Origin: Candidatus Liptonbacteria bacterium
Lineage (GTDB): Bacteria > Patescibacteriota > Minisyncoccia > UBA6257 > 2-01-FULL-56-20
Assembly (NCBI GenBank): GCA_023244895.1
Contig: JAHFLL010000001.1
Location: forward strand, 553,802-617,801
DNA: 64,000 nt
Reading direction: 5' to 3'
The stretch's first letter is position 1, and every line of letters begins with the position of its first letter. Below are positions 26,640 to 35,929 of the stretch, in pieces. Both the position numbers and the translations under genes were made by a program. The notes beneath the pieces are model-generated. The model did no database searches and had not been told where the DNA came from. It was given only the letters and a program-made list of their open reading frames with translations.

Positions 26640-27917
26640 ATGCTTTCAAAACTAAATCGGATCGGTGGACCCCTGTTGATAGTCTTGGCAGCCGCGCTGT
26701 GGGGCGTAGACGGTCTTCTGCGACGCAGTTTATACACCCTACCGTCTATAACTATTGTATTTTACGAACACCTGATCGGAGCGATTATCATCCTGCCCTT
26801 CTTTTGGCGAATCGCGAAAAAGGAATCTTTAAATAAAAAAGAGTGGAGCGCGATTCTGCTGGTCAGCCTGTTGAGCGGAGTGCTGGGCACCCTATTCTTT
26901 ACTCTCGCGCTCAAACAGATTAACTTCATCTCTTTCTCGGTCGTCTTCCTACTCCAAAAACTCCAGCCCATCTTCGCGATTACCGCCGGAGTTGTGGTGT
27001 TGCGCGAAAAAATAAATAAAAAATTTATACTTTGGGCGGGTCTGGCCTTGGCAACAGCCTACTTTATTACCTTCCCGAACGGCAAAGTCAATCTCGCCAC
27101 CGGATCCGGCACCATAACCGCCGCGCTCTTTGCGCTCGGGGCCGCTTTCGCCTGGGGTTCTTCCACTGCCTTTTCACGCTCCGCCCTACTTAAACACTCC
27201 CACACCCTTATAACTGGCTGGAGATTTATTCTCACGACCGGCTTGGGCCTTCTTTTTGTCTTGGGCATGGGACAATCCTCCAGCCTTCTAGGGGTCAGTT
27301 CTGGGCAGCTCGGCATGCTCTGCGTCATCGCAGTATCAACCGGTATGGTGGCCCTGTGGCTCTACTATCGCGGGCTTAAGTTCACCCAAACTAAAGTGGC
27401 TACCATCCTGGAATTAGCCTTTCCCCTGACCGGCATATTAATAGACTTGATAGTCTATAAAAATAGTCTGGCGCCTAGCCAATATTTGGCCGGGGCTTTT
27501 TTGGTCTTAATAATGCAACGCATCTCCAAACTAAACCGAGAAGTTGAGGGTTCGCGTTATCACGTAACAGTCATAACCGGCTATGGACGGGGCAAGCAAA
27601 TTAGTTTCCCTACCTTAAACCTCGCCATACCCAATAACTTCCCGCACCATCACGGTATATACGCAGGAAGGGTTTCTTGGGAAAAGAACTCCTATCCCGC
27701 CGCGATACACTATGGCCCCATACCAACGTTCAACGACGATAAACCCAGCCTGGAAGCTTTTGTGCTTGACCAAAACATAGCAAGCGCGCCCGAAGAGATA
27801 GATCTGGAACTGGTCAACTTCCTGCGCCCGGTCCAGAGATACGAGAATCCAATGGAACTGCGGGAACAGATACGGAAGGACGTAGAGGAGACTAAGAAGG
27901 TCTTAGGCAGAAGATAA
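26640..27917 (+). CDS. Fusion protein: EamA/DMT-family 10-TM transporter + C-terminal riboflavin kinase (flavokinase) domain
   Basis: Two EamA-like repeats in residues 1-290. C-terminal 130 aa carry riboflavin-kinase motifs (VITGYGRGKQISFPTLNL, GIYAGRV, IHYGPIPTF, LEAFVLD, LVNFLRPVQRYENPMEL). Confidence 0.75.
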   Translation: MLSKLNRIGGPLLIVLAAALWGVDGLLRRSLYTLPSITIVFYEHLIGAIIILPFFWRIAKKESLNKKEWSAILLVSLLSGVLGTLFFTLALKQINFISFSVVFLLQKLQPIFAITAGVVVLREKINKKFILWAGLALATAYFITFPNGKVNLATGSGTITAALFALGAAFAWGSSTAFSRSALLKHSHTLITGWRFILTTGLGLLFVLGMGQSSSLLGVSSGQLGMLCVIAVSTGMVALWLYYRGLKFTQTKVATILELAFPLTGILIDLIVYKNSLAPSQYLAGAFLVLIMQRISKLNREVEGSRYHVTVITGYGRGKQISFPTLNLAIPNNFPHHHGIYAGRVSWEKNSYPAAIHYGPIPTFNDDKPSLEAFVLDQNIASAPEEIDLELVNFLRPVQRYENPMELREQIRKDVEETKKVLGRR

Positions 27918-27919
27918 AA

Positions 27920-28129
27920 CTACTCTACCTCTTCTGCGTCGCCTTCCGCGGATTCCTCGTGGTGAAGCACTTTTAGAATTGAACCGCAACGCTGGTGACG
28001 CTTATTGATATTGGGTATCTTATTATCGGTCAGGAAATCCTCGCACTTAGAACAATAGTATTTTGTTTTCATATGATTTGTATCCTCCGCTGATCCTGCT
28101 TGGAGCATGACCCCCACATTATAACCCAA
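27920..28129 (-). CDS. Small zinc-ribbon protein (hypothetical); true start is probably the internal MKTKYYC
   Basis: CSKC...x18...HQRCG gives a four-residue Cys/His ribbon; acidic tail. Confidence 0.3.
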   Translation of the reverse strand: MGYNVGVMLQAGSAEDTNHMKTKYYCSKCEDFLTDNKIPNINKRHQRCGSILKVLHHEESAEGDAEEVE

Positions 28130-28230
28130 AGGTGACTATTAAATTATCCCCAAATTCTTTGCTTTTTTACCATATTAACCAGATACATAAATATGTGCGC
28201 AGAGCGAGTAATGGTGCTAAAATTTAGACC

Positions 28231-29295
28231 ATGGAATTAACCCTTTTGGTCGTTCTGGTCGTGGTCGCCGTTGGTGGATTTAGCTTGATATTTATATTTC
28301 TTAAAAATAACCGCGACGGTAAACCCCAAGACCAGTCCCTACTCTTACTCCAGAACCAGCTCCAAGAGCTAAACCGCACACTGGACCAGAAATTAGGAGA
28401 GTCAACCAAGATGTTTCAGGCTCAGTTTGGCGAATCCGCCAAAATAATCCGGAACGTGACCGAAAAGCTGACCATGGTGGAGGAAACCGGCCGTCAGGTT
28501 ATAAATCTAGGCGACAACATTCGCGCGCTGGAAGACGTACTTAAAAATCCCAAGCAGCGCGGCATTTTGGGGGAATACTACCTAGAGACCCTGCTCAAAA
28601 ATGTTCTCCCACCGGGAAGCTTTGAGATGCAGTACCCTTTCGCGGATGGAACCATCGTAGATGCGGCAGTTTTTGTGGGCTCTGACAAAAATCGCAAAAT
28701 CATACCAATAGACTCAAAATTTTCTTTGGAAAACTATAATCGCTTGGCGGAAGAGAAAGATCCAGCCGAACGAGAAAAACTGGAGCGCATTTTTAAATCT
28801 GACTTAAAAAGCAGAATTGACGAGACCTCTAAATACGTCAAGCCAGAAGAGAATACCATGGACTTCGCATTTATGTTCATACCTCACGAGGCGATTTATT
28901 ATGACCTCCTGGTGGCACAGGTTGGAGCGGTTAAGGTTAATACCCAGGATCTAATAGAATATGCCTTCAAAGACAAGCACGTTATCATCGTATCCCCCAC
29001 CTCTTTTTTGGCCTATCTCCAGACGGTCTTACAGGGTTTGCGGGCGCTAAAGATTGAGGAATCCGCGAAGGAAATCCGTAAAAACATTGAGGCTCTCTCC
29101 AAGCATCTCGCCTCCTATGACTCTTATATGCAGAAGATGGGTGGACACCTAGCTACCACCGTAAATGCCTATAACACCTCCTACAAGGAGTTTAAGAAGG
29201 TAGACAAGGATATTTTGCGCATTACCGGGGAAGCGATGGAAATCGAGCCCTTGTTGGTCTCTGGTCCGCAGAGAGAAGATATTGAAGAGAATTAA
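28231..29295 (+). CDS. rmuC: DNA recombination protein RmuC
   Basis: N-terminal TM, long coiled coil, C-terminal RmuC nuclease-like domain (FAFMFIPHEAIYYDL). Confidence 0.8.
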   Translation: MELTLLVVLVVVAVGGFSLIFIFLKNNRDGKPQDQSLLLLQNQLQELNRTLDQKLGESTKMFQAQFGESAKIIRNVTEKLTMVEETGRQVINLGDNIRALEDVLKNPKQRGILGEYYLETLLKNVLPPGSFEMQYPFADGTIVDAAVFVGSDKNRKIIPIDSKFSLENYNRLAEEKDPAEREKLERIFKSDLKSRIDETSKYVKPEENTMDFAFMFIPHEAIYYDLLVAQVGAVKVNTQDLIEYAFKDKHVIIVSPTSFLAYLQTVLQGLRALKIEESAKEIRKNIEALSKHLASYDSYMQKMGGHLATTVNAYNTSYKEFKKVDKDILRITGEAMEIEPLLVSGPQREDIEEN

Positions 29296-29320
29296 GAATT
29301 AGGAATTGACAGAATAATTC

Positions 29321-30580
29321 CTATTTTTTCTTCCTTCTTAAAAACGTCGGGATATCCCAAACATCACTGTCGGTTTTTTTGGTTGGCAACTGCTTATTCT
29401 TGTCGGATCTCTGTTCCGTCTGGTCTTCCACTGAATTAGATTTGGGAGAATTTCGCTCGCCTGCCTCCGCCTTTTCTTCGGTCGCTTTTTGCTTTAAATC
29501 CTCAAAGGTCTGATAGGCGGAAGCTTTCTGAACACTTAAGAAGGGCTGTTTTCCGTCCAAGCCAAGCCCCTGGCCGAACAAGGAGTTGCTTTGGCTGTTC
29601 TGCTGGAAGCCGGTGGCTATTAAGGTAATTTTGAGCTGTCCCGGCCGCAGATGCTTATCGTGGTAGGCTCCGAATATTATTTTCGCGCCCGGATCCACGG
29701 TCTGAGCCACAATCTTCGCGGCATCGTTTATCTCGGTCATCTTTAGGTCTCGCCCACCCGAGATACCCAAAAGTACGCCATGCGCGCCCTCGGGATTGAC
29801 CTCTAAAAGCGGAGAGTTGAGTGCTTGATTTACCGCGTTGACTGCCCTCTCTTGTCCACTTGCCACGCCAATACCTACAATGGCCGAACCCGCGTCCTGA
29901 ATGACCGTGCGTACATCCGCGAAATCCACATTGATTATGCCCGGGGTGACAATAAATTCCACAAGTCCCCGCAGGGCCGTTTTCATGACATCATCAATCG
30001 CTTCAAAAGCCTTAAGCACGGAAGTGTCTTTGCCGATTACGGTAAAGATGCGATCGTTCGGCACCACTATCAAGGCATCCACCTTATCCTTAAGCTTTAA
30101 AATTCCATCTTCCGCAATGCGCTGGCGCTGAGAACCTTCAAAGGCAAAGGGCTTAGTCACAAAGGCCAAAGTTAGGGCGCCGGCCTGTTTAGACGCCTCC
30201 GCGACTATGGGAGACACCCCCGTGCCCGTACCTCCGCCGAACCCGGCGGTGATAAAAACTATATCTGCGTCCTTGACCGCTTCCGCTATCTCGGAACGGT
30301 TCTCTTCCGCAGCCTGCCGACCCAATTCCGGATTCATACCCGTGCCCAAACCCCGGGTCAGATTCTTGCCGATATAAATCTTCTTACGCACATCACAGTA
30401 ATCCAAATCTTGATGGTCGGTATTGATAGCAATAAACTCCACTCCCCGCGTAAAATCCTTACTCATACGCGAAACCGCATTACCCCCGCCTCCACCCACA
30501 CCCACCACCTTTATGCGGGCTATCGGGGAATTAGAAAATTCCCGGGCAGGATTTTTTGTCTTACGCTTGGATTTTTTCAT
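29321..30580 (-). CDS. ftsZ: Cell division GTPase FtsZ
   Basis: GGGTGTG tubulin signature, T7 loop, C-terminal disordered tail. Confidence 0.92.
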   Translation of the reverse strand: MKKSKRKTKNPAREFSNSPIARIKVVGVGGGGGNAVSRMSKDFTRGVEFIAINTDHQDLDYCDVRKKIYIGKNLTRGLGTGMNPELGRQAAEENRSEIAEAVKDADIVFITAGFGGGTGTGVSPIVAEASKQAGALTLAFVTKPFAFEGSQRQRIAEDGILKLKDKVDALIVVPNDRIFTVIGKDTSVLKAFEAIDDVMKTALRGLVEFIVTPGIINVDFADVRTVIQDAGSAIVGIGVASGQERAVNAVNQALNSPLLEVNPEGAHGVLLGISGGRDLKMTEINDAAKIVAQTVDPGAKIIFGAYHDKHLRPGQLKITLIATGFQQNSQSNSLFGQGLGLDGKQPFLSVQKASAYQTFEDLKQKATEEKAEAGERNSPKSNSVEDQTEQRSDKNKQLPTKKTDSDVWDIPTFLRRKKK

Positions 30581-30581
30581 A

Positions 30582-31814
30582 TTATGGTTGGAAATATTTA
30601 AACAGTCGGCGCATGGACCAGGAGCTTTCTTTTTCCCTGCCCAGCCAACCCTCCTTCTCCGCGCCAGAGAGGACTAGTCCCAGCACGGTAGCGAATTCGG
30701 GGTCTTCTAGCGCCTCCATAAAGCCGTCGCCCGCCCACTCTTCCGTTGAAGCGCAGCCGATTTGAGCAGACAACTTAAGGGTATTTTTGGCCAGTTCCGT
30801 TATGCCCGGCAACTTGGCTCCCCCGCCAGTCAAGACCACTCCCCCCGCCAGTTTGCCCGCTTTCTTCAAAACACGCAACTCATTATTCACAAATTCAAAT
30901 ATTTCAGCAAGACGGGTCTCTGCTATCTCCGCGATAAAACGGCGCGACACAGAACCCTTAGCGTCCGGTACAAATTTGCGCATATCAACAGACTCTTTGG
31001 CGTTTACATCGCCGGAGACAGCATAGGCGTAATTAAGCTTAACGTTTTCCGCCGCCCCGACCGGAATTTTCAAAACTACCGCCAAGTCGTTCGTAACATT
31101 GCTCGCGCCTACTGGGAAAACGGCGGTGCCGGTCAATTTGTTCTCTTCATAAACCGACATGCTGGTAGTACCAAAGCCAAGATCAACCAAGAGCACTCCC
31201 AGGTCTTTTTGACGCTTGCTTAAAACCGCGCGCGCGGAGGCGAGCGGGTCTAGGAACATGCCCGCGTATTGACCCCCCGCCAATTCTATCGCACGCATAA
31301 CACTTTTTATGTGGGGAGCGAAAGCGTCCACGATAACGCTTGATACTTCCAAGCGACTACCGCCCAGTCCAACCGGATCATAAACATCCGGCACTCCGTC
31401 CAGAATGTATTCCCGGGTGATATTGTGGACTATCATACGGTTAGCGGAAAGGTTAATTGCCTGACTCAATTGAATAACCCGATCCACATCGTCCTGATAT
31501 ATTTCGCTATCGGAGCGAGAAATAGCTACGATGCCCTTGGACAACTGGGCTTTCATTTGATGAGTACCAATATTCACATATATTTTTTTGAGGGAAGCGC
31601 GAGATACCTTCTTTGCTTCAAAAAGGGCCTTGGCTACCGCGGAAGATGCCTCCGCCAGATCCACCACCGCGCCCTTGCGCAAGCCCGCGGAAGGTTGCTT
31701 GAAAACCGAGATTAAGGCGGGCTTGCCCTCTCTATTTTCCGCGATAGCCACCTTTATCTCGGAAGTTCCGATGTCTAGTCCTAATATATTTTGCGCTCCT
31801 AGCTTAAGTTTCAT
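30582..31814 (-). CDS. ftsA: Cell division protein FtsA
   Basis: Actin-like ATPase motifs (LDIGTSEIKVAI, DLGFGTT); sits directly upstream of ftsZ. Confidence 0.9.
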   Translation of the reverse strand: MKLKLGAQNILGLDIGTSEIKVAIAENREGKPALISVFKQPSAGLRKGAVVDLAEASSAVAKALFEAKKVSRASLKKIYVNIGTHQMKAQLSKGIVAISRSDSEIYQDDVDRVIQLSQAINLSANRMIVHNITREYILDGVPDVYDPVGLGGSRLEVSSVIVDAFAPHIKSVMRAIELAGGQYAGMFLDPLASARAVLSKRQKDLGVLLVDLGFGTTSMSVYEENKLTGTAVFPVGASNVTNDLAVVLKIPVGAAENVKLNYAYAVSGDVNAKESVDMRKFVPDAKGSVSRRFIAEIAETRLAEIFEFVNNELRVLKKAGKLAGGVVLTGGGAKLPGITELAKNTLKLSAQIGCASTEEWAGDGFMEALEDPEFATVLGLVLSGAEKEGWLGREKESSWSMRRLFKYFQP

Positions 31815-31818
31815 AAAT

Positions 31819-32244
31819 TTATCCCTCCTGCCAGCCCATCTTTTTTAATACCATTAATTCTATTTTACGCATCTCTATATTATCACTTTTACGGATATGG
31901 TCATAGCCCAAAAGATGAAGCAGGCCGTGCAGTAAAAGATAACGGGCCCGGACTGGATCTCGGGCGACAATAGTCTTATTTATAAATATTTCACCTAGAG
32001 AAACCTTGTCACTTTCCGGATGGGGAAAACTTTCTTTTTCCGGAAAAGACAGCACGTCTACTATGGCCGCGTCCTTTTTAAGATATTTTTTCTTTAGGCG
32101 CCGCAGCTCCGCATTGGGCAAAAAACTAACACTCACTCGCCCGCGGCGCAATTTTAAGGTAATTACTCTTCTGCCGTAAAGATAATTTAAAATACCGCGA
32201 ACCAGGGATTCGCAGTCTTTTAGGGTAAGCGTGGCCTTCGCCAT
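31819..32244 (-). CDS. ybeY: rRNA maturation endoribonuclease YbeY
   Basis: HGLLHLLGYDH zinc-binding motif. Confidence 0.85.
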   Translation of the reverse strand: MAKATLTLKDCESLVRGILNYLYGRRVITLKLRRGRVSVSFLPNAELRRLKKKYLKKDAAIVDVLSFPEKESFPHPESDKVSLGEIFINKTIVARDPVRARYLLLHGLLHLLGYDHIRKSDNIEMRKIELMVLKKMGWQEG

Positions 32245-32251
32245 TCTCTGT

Positions 32252-32686
32252 TTAAGAAGATATGACCTTTTTGACTATTAGGGAAAGCTCTTTACCATCC
32301 ACTCGTTCGCCTAGCTTCTCTTTTGCGAGGCGCATAACCTGGCCGAAGTCCTTCTCGCCCGAAGCGGCAATTTCTTTAACCGCAGATTCCACTTCCGCCA
32401 TGGATAGTGGCGGTGGAAGATATTCCGCGATAATGCCTATCTCTGCCGTCTCTTTTGCGGCCAATTCTGGACGATTGCCCTGTTCGTATAGCGCAACTGC
32501 CTCTTTTCTCTTTTTTATTTCTTTTTGTAAAATCTGCTCCACCTCTGCCTCTTCCAACTCACGCCGCAATTCTATCTTACGGTTTTGGAGCTGAGCCAAA
32601 ACCAGACGCAAGGTTGAGAGTCGCTCCGCGGCGGAGGCCTTTTGGGCTGATTTTATGTCCGATTCTATCCTCTCTAGAAGCGCCAT
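32252..32686 (-). CDS. GatB/YqeY domain protein
   Basis: 144 aa; RLSTLRL...YLP pattern of the YqeY family. Confidence 0.75.
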   Translation of the reverse strand: MALLERIESDIKSAQKASAAERLSTLRLVLAQLQNRKIELRRELEEAEVEQILQKEIKKRKEAVALYEQGNRPELAAKETAEIGIIAEYLPPPLSMAEVESAVKEIAASGEKDFGQVMRLAKEKLGERVDGKELSLIVKKVISS

Positions 32687-32898
32687 TATATCGTTCCCAG
32701 CTTTTTCATACGTGTCACTTCACTCTTCTTCTTGGTCCGATAAATAGCGGATAGGCGGCGCTTAAGGCGATTAACGTTGCGACCCTTAAAGCGACGCTTG
32801 CGCACTTCCGCTAAAACTCCGCTCTGCCGAACTTTCTTAGTAAAACGGAAGTGGGCGGACAGGGGCGGTTCTCCTTCTTTCTTTTTTATTTCAATCAT
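32686..32898 (-). CDS. rpsU: 30S ribosomal protein S21
   Basis: 70 aa, basic; FRFTKKVRQSGVL..KRRFKG matches bS21. Confidence 0.85.
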   Translation of the reverse strand: MIEIKKKEGEPPLSAHFRFTKKVRQSGVLAEVRKRRFKGRNVNRLKRRLSAIYRTKKKSEVTRMKKLGTI

Positions 32899-32902
32899 TT
32901 AT

Positions 32903-33319
32903 TTAATTTATTTTTAATTTTTCTTTAATTACGGAAAGTTCTTCTTTGGGGGGACTACCTACTACGGACTGCACCGACCCTCCCCCGTCCCCTTTCCACC
33001 GGGGCAAAAGATGGACATGGAGATGCGGCACAACCTGGCCACTCGCCTCCCCCTGATTCATACCTATCGTTATACCGTCTGGCCCTAGAACTTCACGTAT
33101 CCTTAGGGCGACCTTTTTAACAGTGGTGAAGAGTGGCCCTATCTCTTCTTCCGGTAAATCGGCCAAAACCGGAACGTGAACCTTGGGAATAACCATGACG
33201 TGACCGGTCGCACGGGGCATTATGTCTAGGAACGCCAAAGTTTTGTCATCCTCGTAAATAGACAAGGAAGGTATCTCTTTGGCTACTATCCGGCAGAATA
33301 CGCAATCGGGCTCAGACAT
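32903..33319 (-). CDS. HIT-family (histidine triad) hydrolase
   Basis: HLHVHLLPR histidine triad motif; CVFCRI N-terminus. Confidence 0.8.
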   Translation of the reverse strand: MSEPDCVFCRIVAKEIPSLSIYEDDKTLAFLDIMPRATGHVMVIPKVHVPVLADLPEEEIGPLFTTVKKVALRIREVLGPDGITIGMNQGEASGQVVPHLHVHLLPRWKGDGGGSVQSVVGSPPKEELSVIKEKLKIN

Positions 33320-33323
33320 GGCT

Positions 33324-34646
33324 CTACTGGGCTCGTAAACGCTTCCTTATTTCCTCGACTAGCTTAGACAAAGTTACGGTTTCCTGCAAGCTATTCCGCA
33401 AGTCCCGCACAATGATGCTTTCCTCAAAAAGCTCGCGCTGACCCAAAATCAAGGCGAGGTCTATGCCCTCCTTATCGGCGGTTTTGAGCTGAGCCTTGAG
33501 GGAGTCCCTGCCCAAAGATTCCGCCACCGATATTCCAGCGGAGCGCAAGGTCTCAATAATGCGCAGGGATTTCTTTTTGGCCATTTCACCCACATGAATA
33601 AAGAACACCTTCTTGGGCAACTTCTGGGGAGGCTTAACTTCTTGAGACTTCATAACATACATTAGCCTTTCAATGGAACAAGCTCCGCCCGTAGCCGGCG
33701 TGACTCTGCCGCCCAGAGATTCCATCAAATAATCGTATCTTCCCCCACCCGCAATCGCTCCCGCTTCTGAACCATTTCCTTCGGTAAAAAACTCAAAGAC
33801 CGTGCGGCTATAGTAGTCCAAGCCCCGCACCAAGAGATTGTCCAGCTGATACGCGATCCCCATCTCATCCAGGTATTCCAACACTCCCTTGAGGTGAGAG
33901 GTGCAGGACGCGCATAGTTTGTCTAAGATGCTGGGCGCCTTGGCCTTGAACTCCTGACACTCCTCTTTCTTGCAGTCCAGAAGGCGCAAGGGATTGGTTT
34001 TTAGGCGACGCACGCAATCAGAGCAGAGCTTCTTTTCAAAGTTCTTGTAGTAATTCTGCAACTGCCTCTTATAGAGTGGGCGGCAAACTTTGCAACCGAT
34101 GGAATTCATGCGCAAGACAACATTTTTTATCTTCAACTCGTCTATCAGACGGTTAAAGTAAATTATGACTTGTGCGTCGTAGATAGGATCATTCTGGCCT
34201 CCAATCACCTCCATATTAATCTGGGTGAACTGGCGCAATCTGCCCGCCTGAGGATTGTCGTGCCGAAACACGGGTCCAATAGAATAAAGCTTTTGAGGCT
34301 GGCCCAAGCGACTTAGAGAGTGCTGGACATAAGCCCGCATTATCCCGGGCGTAAACTCCGGACGGAGCGCAAGCGTGTCGCCGCTCTTGGTTTTCAGAAT
34401 ATACATTTCCTTCTGAACTATGTCTGTATCCGCGCCCGTACCTTTTTCGTAAAGCTTCAAAAACTCCATAACGGGAGTGTCTAGGCGATTGAAACAATAA
34501 AACTCTGCCAAATCTTTCGCGGCCTTACTGATCTTCTCCCACCAAAGATAATCCGCGGGTAGAACATCGTGCATGCCCTTGGGGGTTTGTAAACCATGCG
34601 ATTCTTCTTTACGTTTTTTCTCTTTATTCTTTTTGTTTTTAGGCAT
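33324..34646 (-). CDS. hisS: Histidine--tRNA ligase
   Basis: Class II aaRS motifs (FRHDNPQAGRLRQFTQ, GGGRYD), anticodon-binding C-terminus. Confidence 0.9.
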   Translation of the reverse strand: MPKNKKNKEKKRKEESHGLQTPKGMHDVLPADYLWWEKISKAAKDLAEFYCFNRLDTPVMEFLKLYEKGTGADTDIVQKEMYILKTKSGDTLALRPEFTPGIMRAYVQHSLSRLGQPQKLYSIGPVFRHDNPQAGRLRQFTQINMEVIGGQNDPIYDAQVIIYFNRLIDELKIKNVVLRMNSIGCKVCRPLYKRQLQNYYKNFEKKLCSDCVRRLKTNPLRLLDCKKEECQEFKAKAPSILDKLCASCTSHLKGVLEYLDEMGIAYQLDNLLVRGLDYYSRTVFEFFTEGNGSEAGAIAGGGRYDYLMESLGGRVTPATGGACSIERLMYVMKSQEVKPPQKLPKKVFFIHVGEMAKKKSLRIIETLRSAGISVAESLGRDSLKAQLKTADKEGIDLALILGQRELFEESIIVRDLRNSLQETVTLSKLVEEIRKRLRAQ

Positions 34647-34777
34647 CCCCGTAAAAAATTAAATATTTTTCGTTATTGTGATTGGCGACATTTTATTTAG
34701 CAACATCCGATCCTTTGAGCTCCCCGGTTTCATCATGGAGAAAACATTTTCTCCACGCTCCTCACGGGACATATTTA

Positions 34778-35362
34778 TTATTGATAGCTTGGAGCCGCGA
34801 AAACTTGCAGGCCCTTTGGTGGCCAGAGTCGGAACCGAGCCGTACCCACAATCCAGTCCCGATGCACTACTCCCCAATCCCGAGAATCGTAGCTATAAGA
34901 ACGATTGTCTCCCAACGCCAAGTACTCCCCTTCGCCCATAGTGAACCTGGTCTGCCCCCCAGGGCGCACCAAGGTCTCTCGACCCCTAGGCAGATAATCT
35001 TCCGCCAAAACCAACGCATCCGAGGATCCCCCGCTATAAACAAAAATCTTACCGTCTCTTATCTCCACCCTTTCTCCCGGGAGTCCTATAACACGCTTGA
35101 TATAATAAACATTAGACGCCTGCTCGCCCGCACCCTGGTTAAACCTAAAGACTATTACCTCGCCTCTTTTGGGCTCGCGAATATAATAACTTAGCTCGTC
35201 CACCAGAAGATAATCCCCGTCCGAAAAATTTGGCGACATGCTCGCGCCCTGCACTAAAAACGGCTGCACCAAAAAAGTCCTAATAATGAAAACCAGACCC
35301 AGAGCCACAAAGGCCACCTCCAGGACGTCTAAGGCGGAAACGAAGAATTGTCTCATTGCCAA
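34778..35362 (-). CDS. lepB: Signal peptidase I
   Basis: N-terminal TM, catalytic-Ser box GASMSP, RGEVIVFR, KRVIGLPGE (Lys box). Confidence 0.85.
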   Translation of the reverse strand: MAMRQFFVSALDVLEVAFVALGLVFIIRTFLVQPFLVQGASMSPNFSDGDYLLVDELSYYIREPKRGEVIVFRFNQGAGEQASNVYYIKRVIGLPGERVEIRDGKIFVYSGGSSDALVLAEDYLPRGRETLVRPGGQTRFTMGEGEYLALGDNRSYSYDSRDWGVVHRDWIVGTARFRLWPPKGLQVFAAPSYQ

Positions 35363-35398
35363 TCAGTATATGTTATGGGTTATAATACAGTCAAGAAA

Positions 35399-35929
35399 AT
35401 GAGTGAATTTAAGGGCATTTTAGCCGGGCTGGGCAATCCCGGAGAAGAATACCGGGAAACCTACCACAACGTGGGCCTTCTCTTTTTGGACTTCCTAAAG
35501 GAGGCGCACGGCTGGCAAAGACCGGGGCGGAGGCCTTTTGAATACAGTCTTTTAAACAAAATAGTACTAGTACGCCCTTTAACCTATATGAATGAATCCG
35601 GACGGGCCCTGTCTTCTGCTTTAAGCTATTTTAAGGTCAAGCCCGAAAATCTGGTTATTGCCCAAGATGAATCGGACCTACCGCTGGGGGAGTATAAAAT
35701 ATCCAAAAATCGCGGGGCGGCGGGGCACAAGGGAATATTATCTGTTACTACAGAGCTGGGCGGGTCGGAGTTCGCGCGCATACGCATAGGCATACGCAAA
35801 ACCTCCGGCAAGGCCGGCGATTTCGTTTTGAAACAAATTACCAAAACGGACAAAGAGAAACTCTACTTGGCTTTCGGAGAGATTTTGAAACTGATAGAAA
35901 AAGACCAGTTGCCCTTCTCCGGATTCTGA
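35399..35929 (+). CDS. pth: Peptidyl-tRNA hydrolase
   Basis: LGNPG..YxxTxHNVG motif; start moved to MSEFKGILAGLGNPG (the tracker's 35348 start overlaps lepB). Confidence 0.85.
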   Translation: MSEFKGILAGLGNPGEEYRETYHNVGLLFLDFLKEAHGWQRPGRRPFEYSLLNKIVLVRPLTYMNESGRALSSALSYFKVKPENLVIAQDESDLPLGEYKISKNRGAAGHKGILSVTTELGGSEFARIRIGIRKTSGKAGDFVLKQITKTDKEKLYLAFGEILKLIEKDQLPFSGF

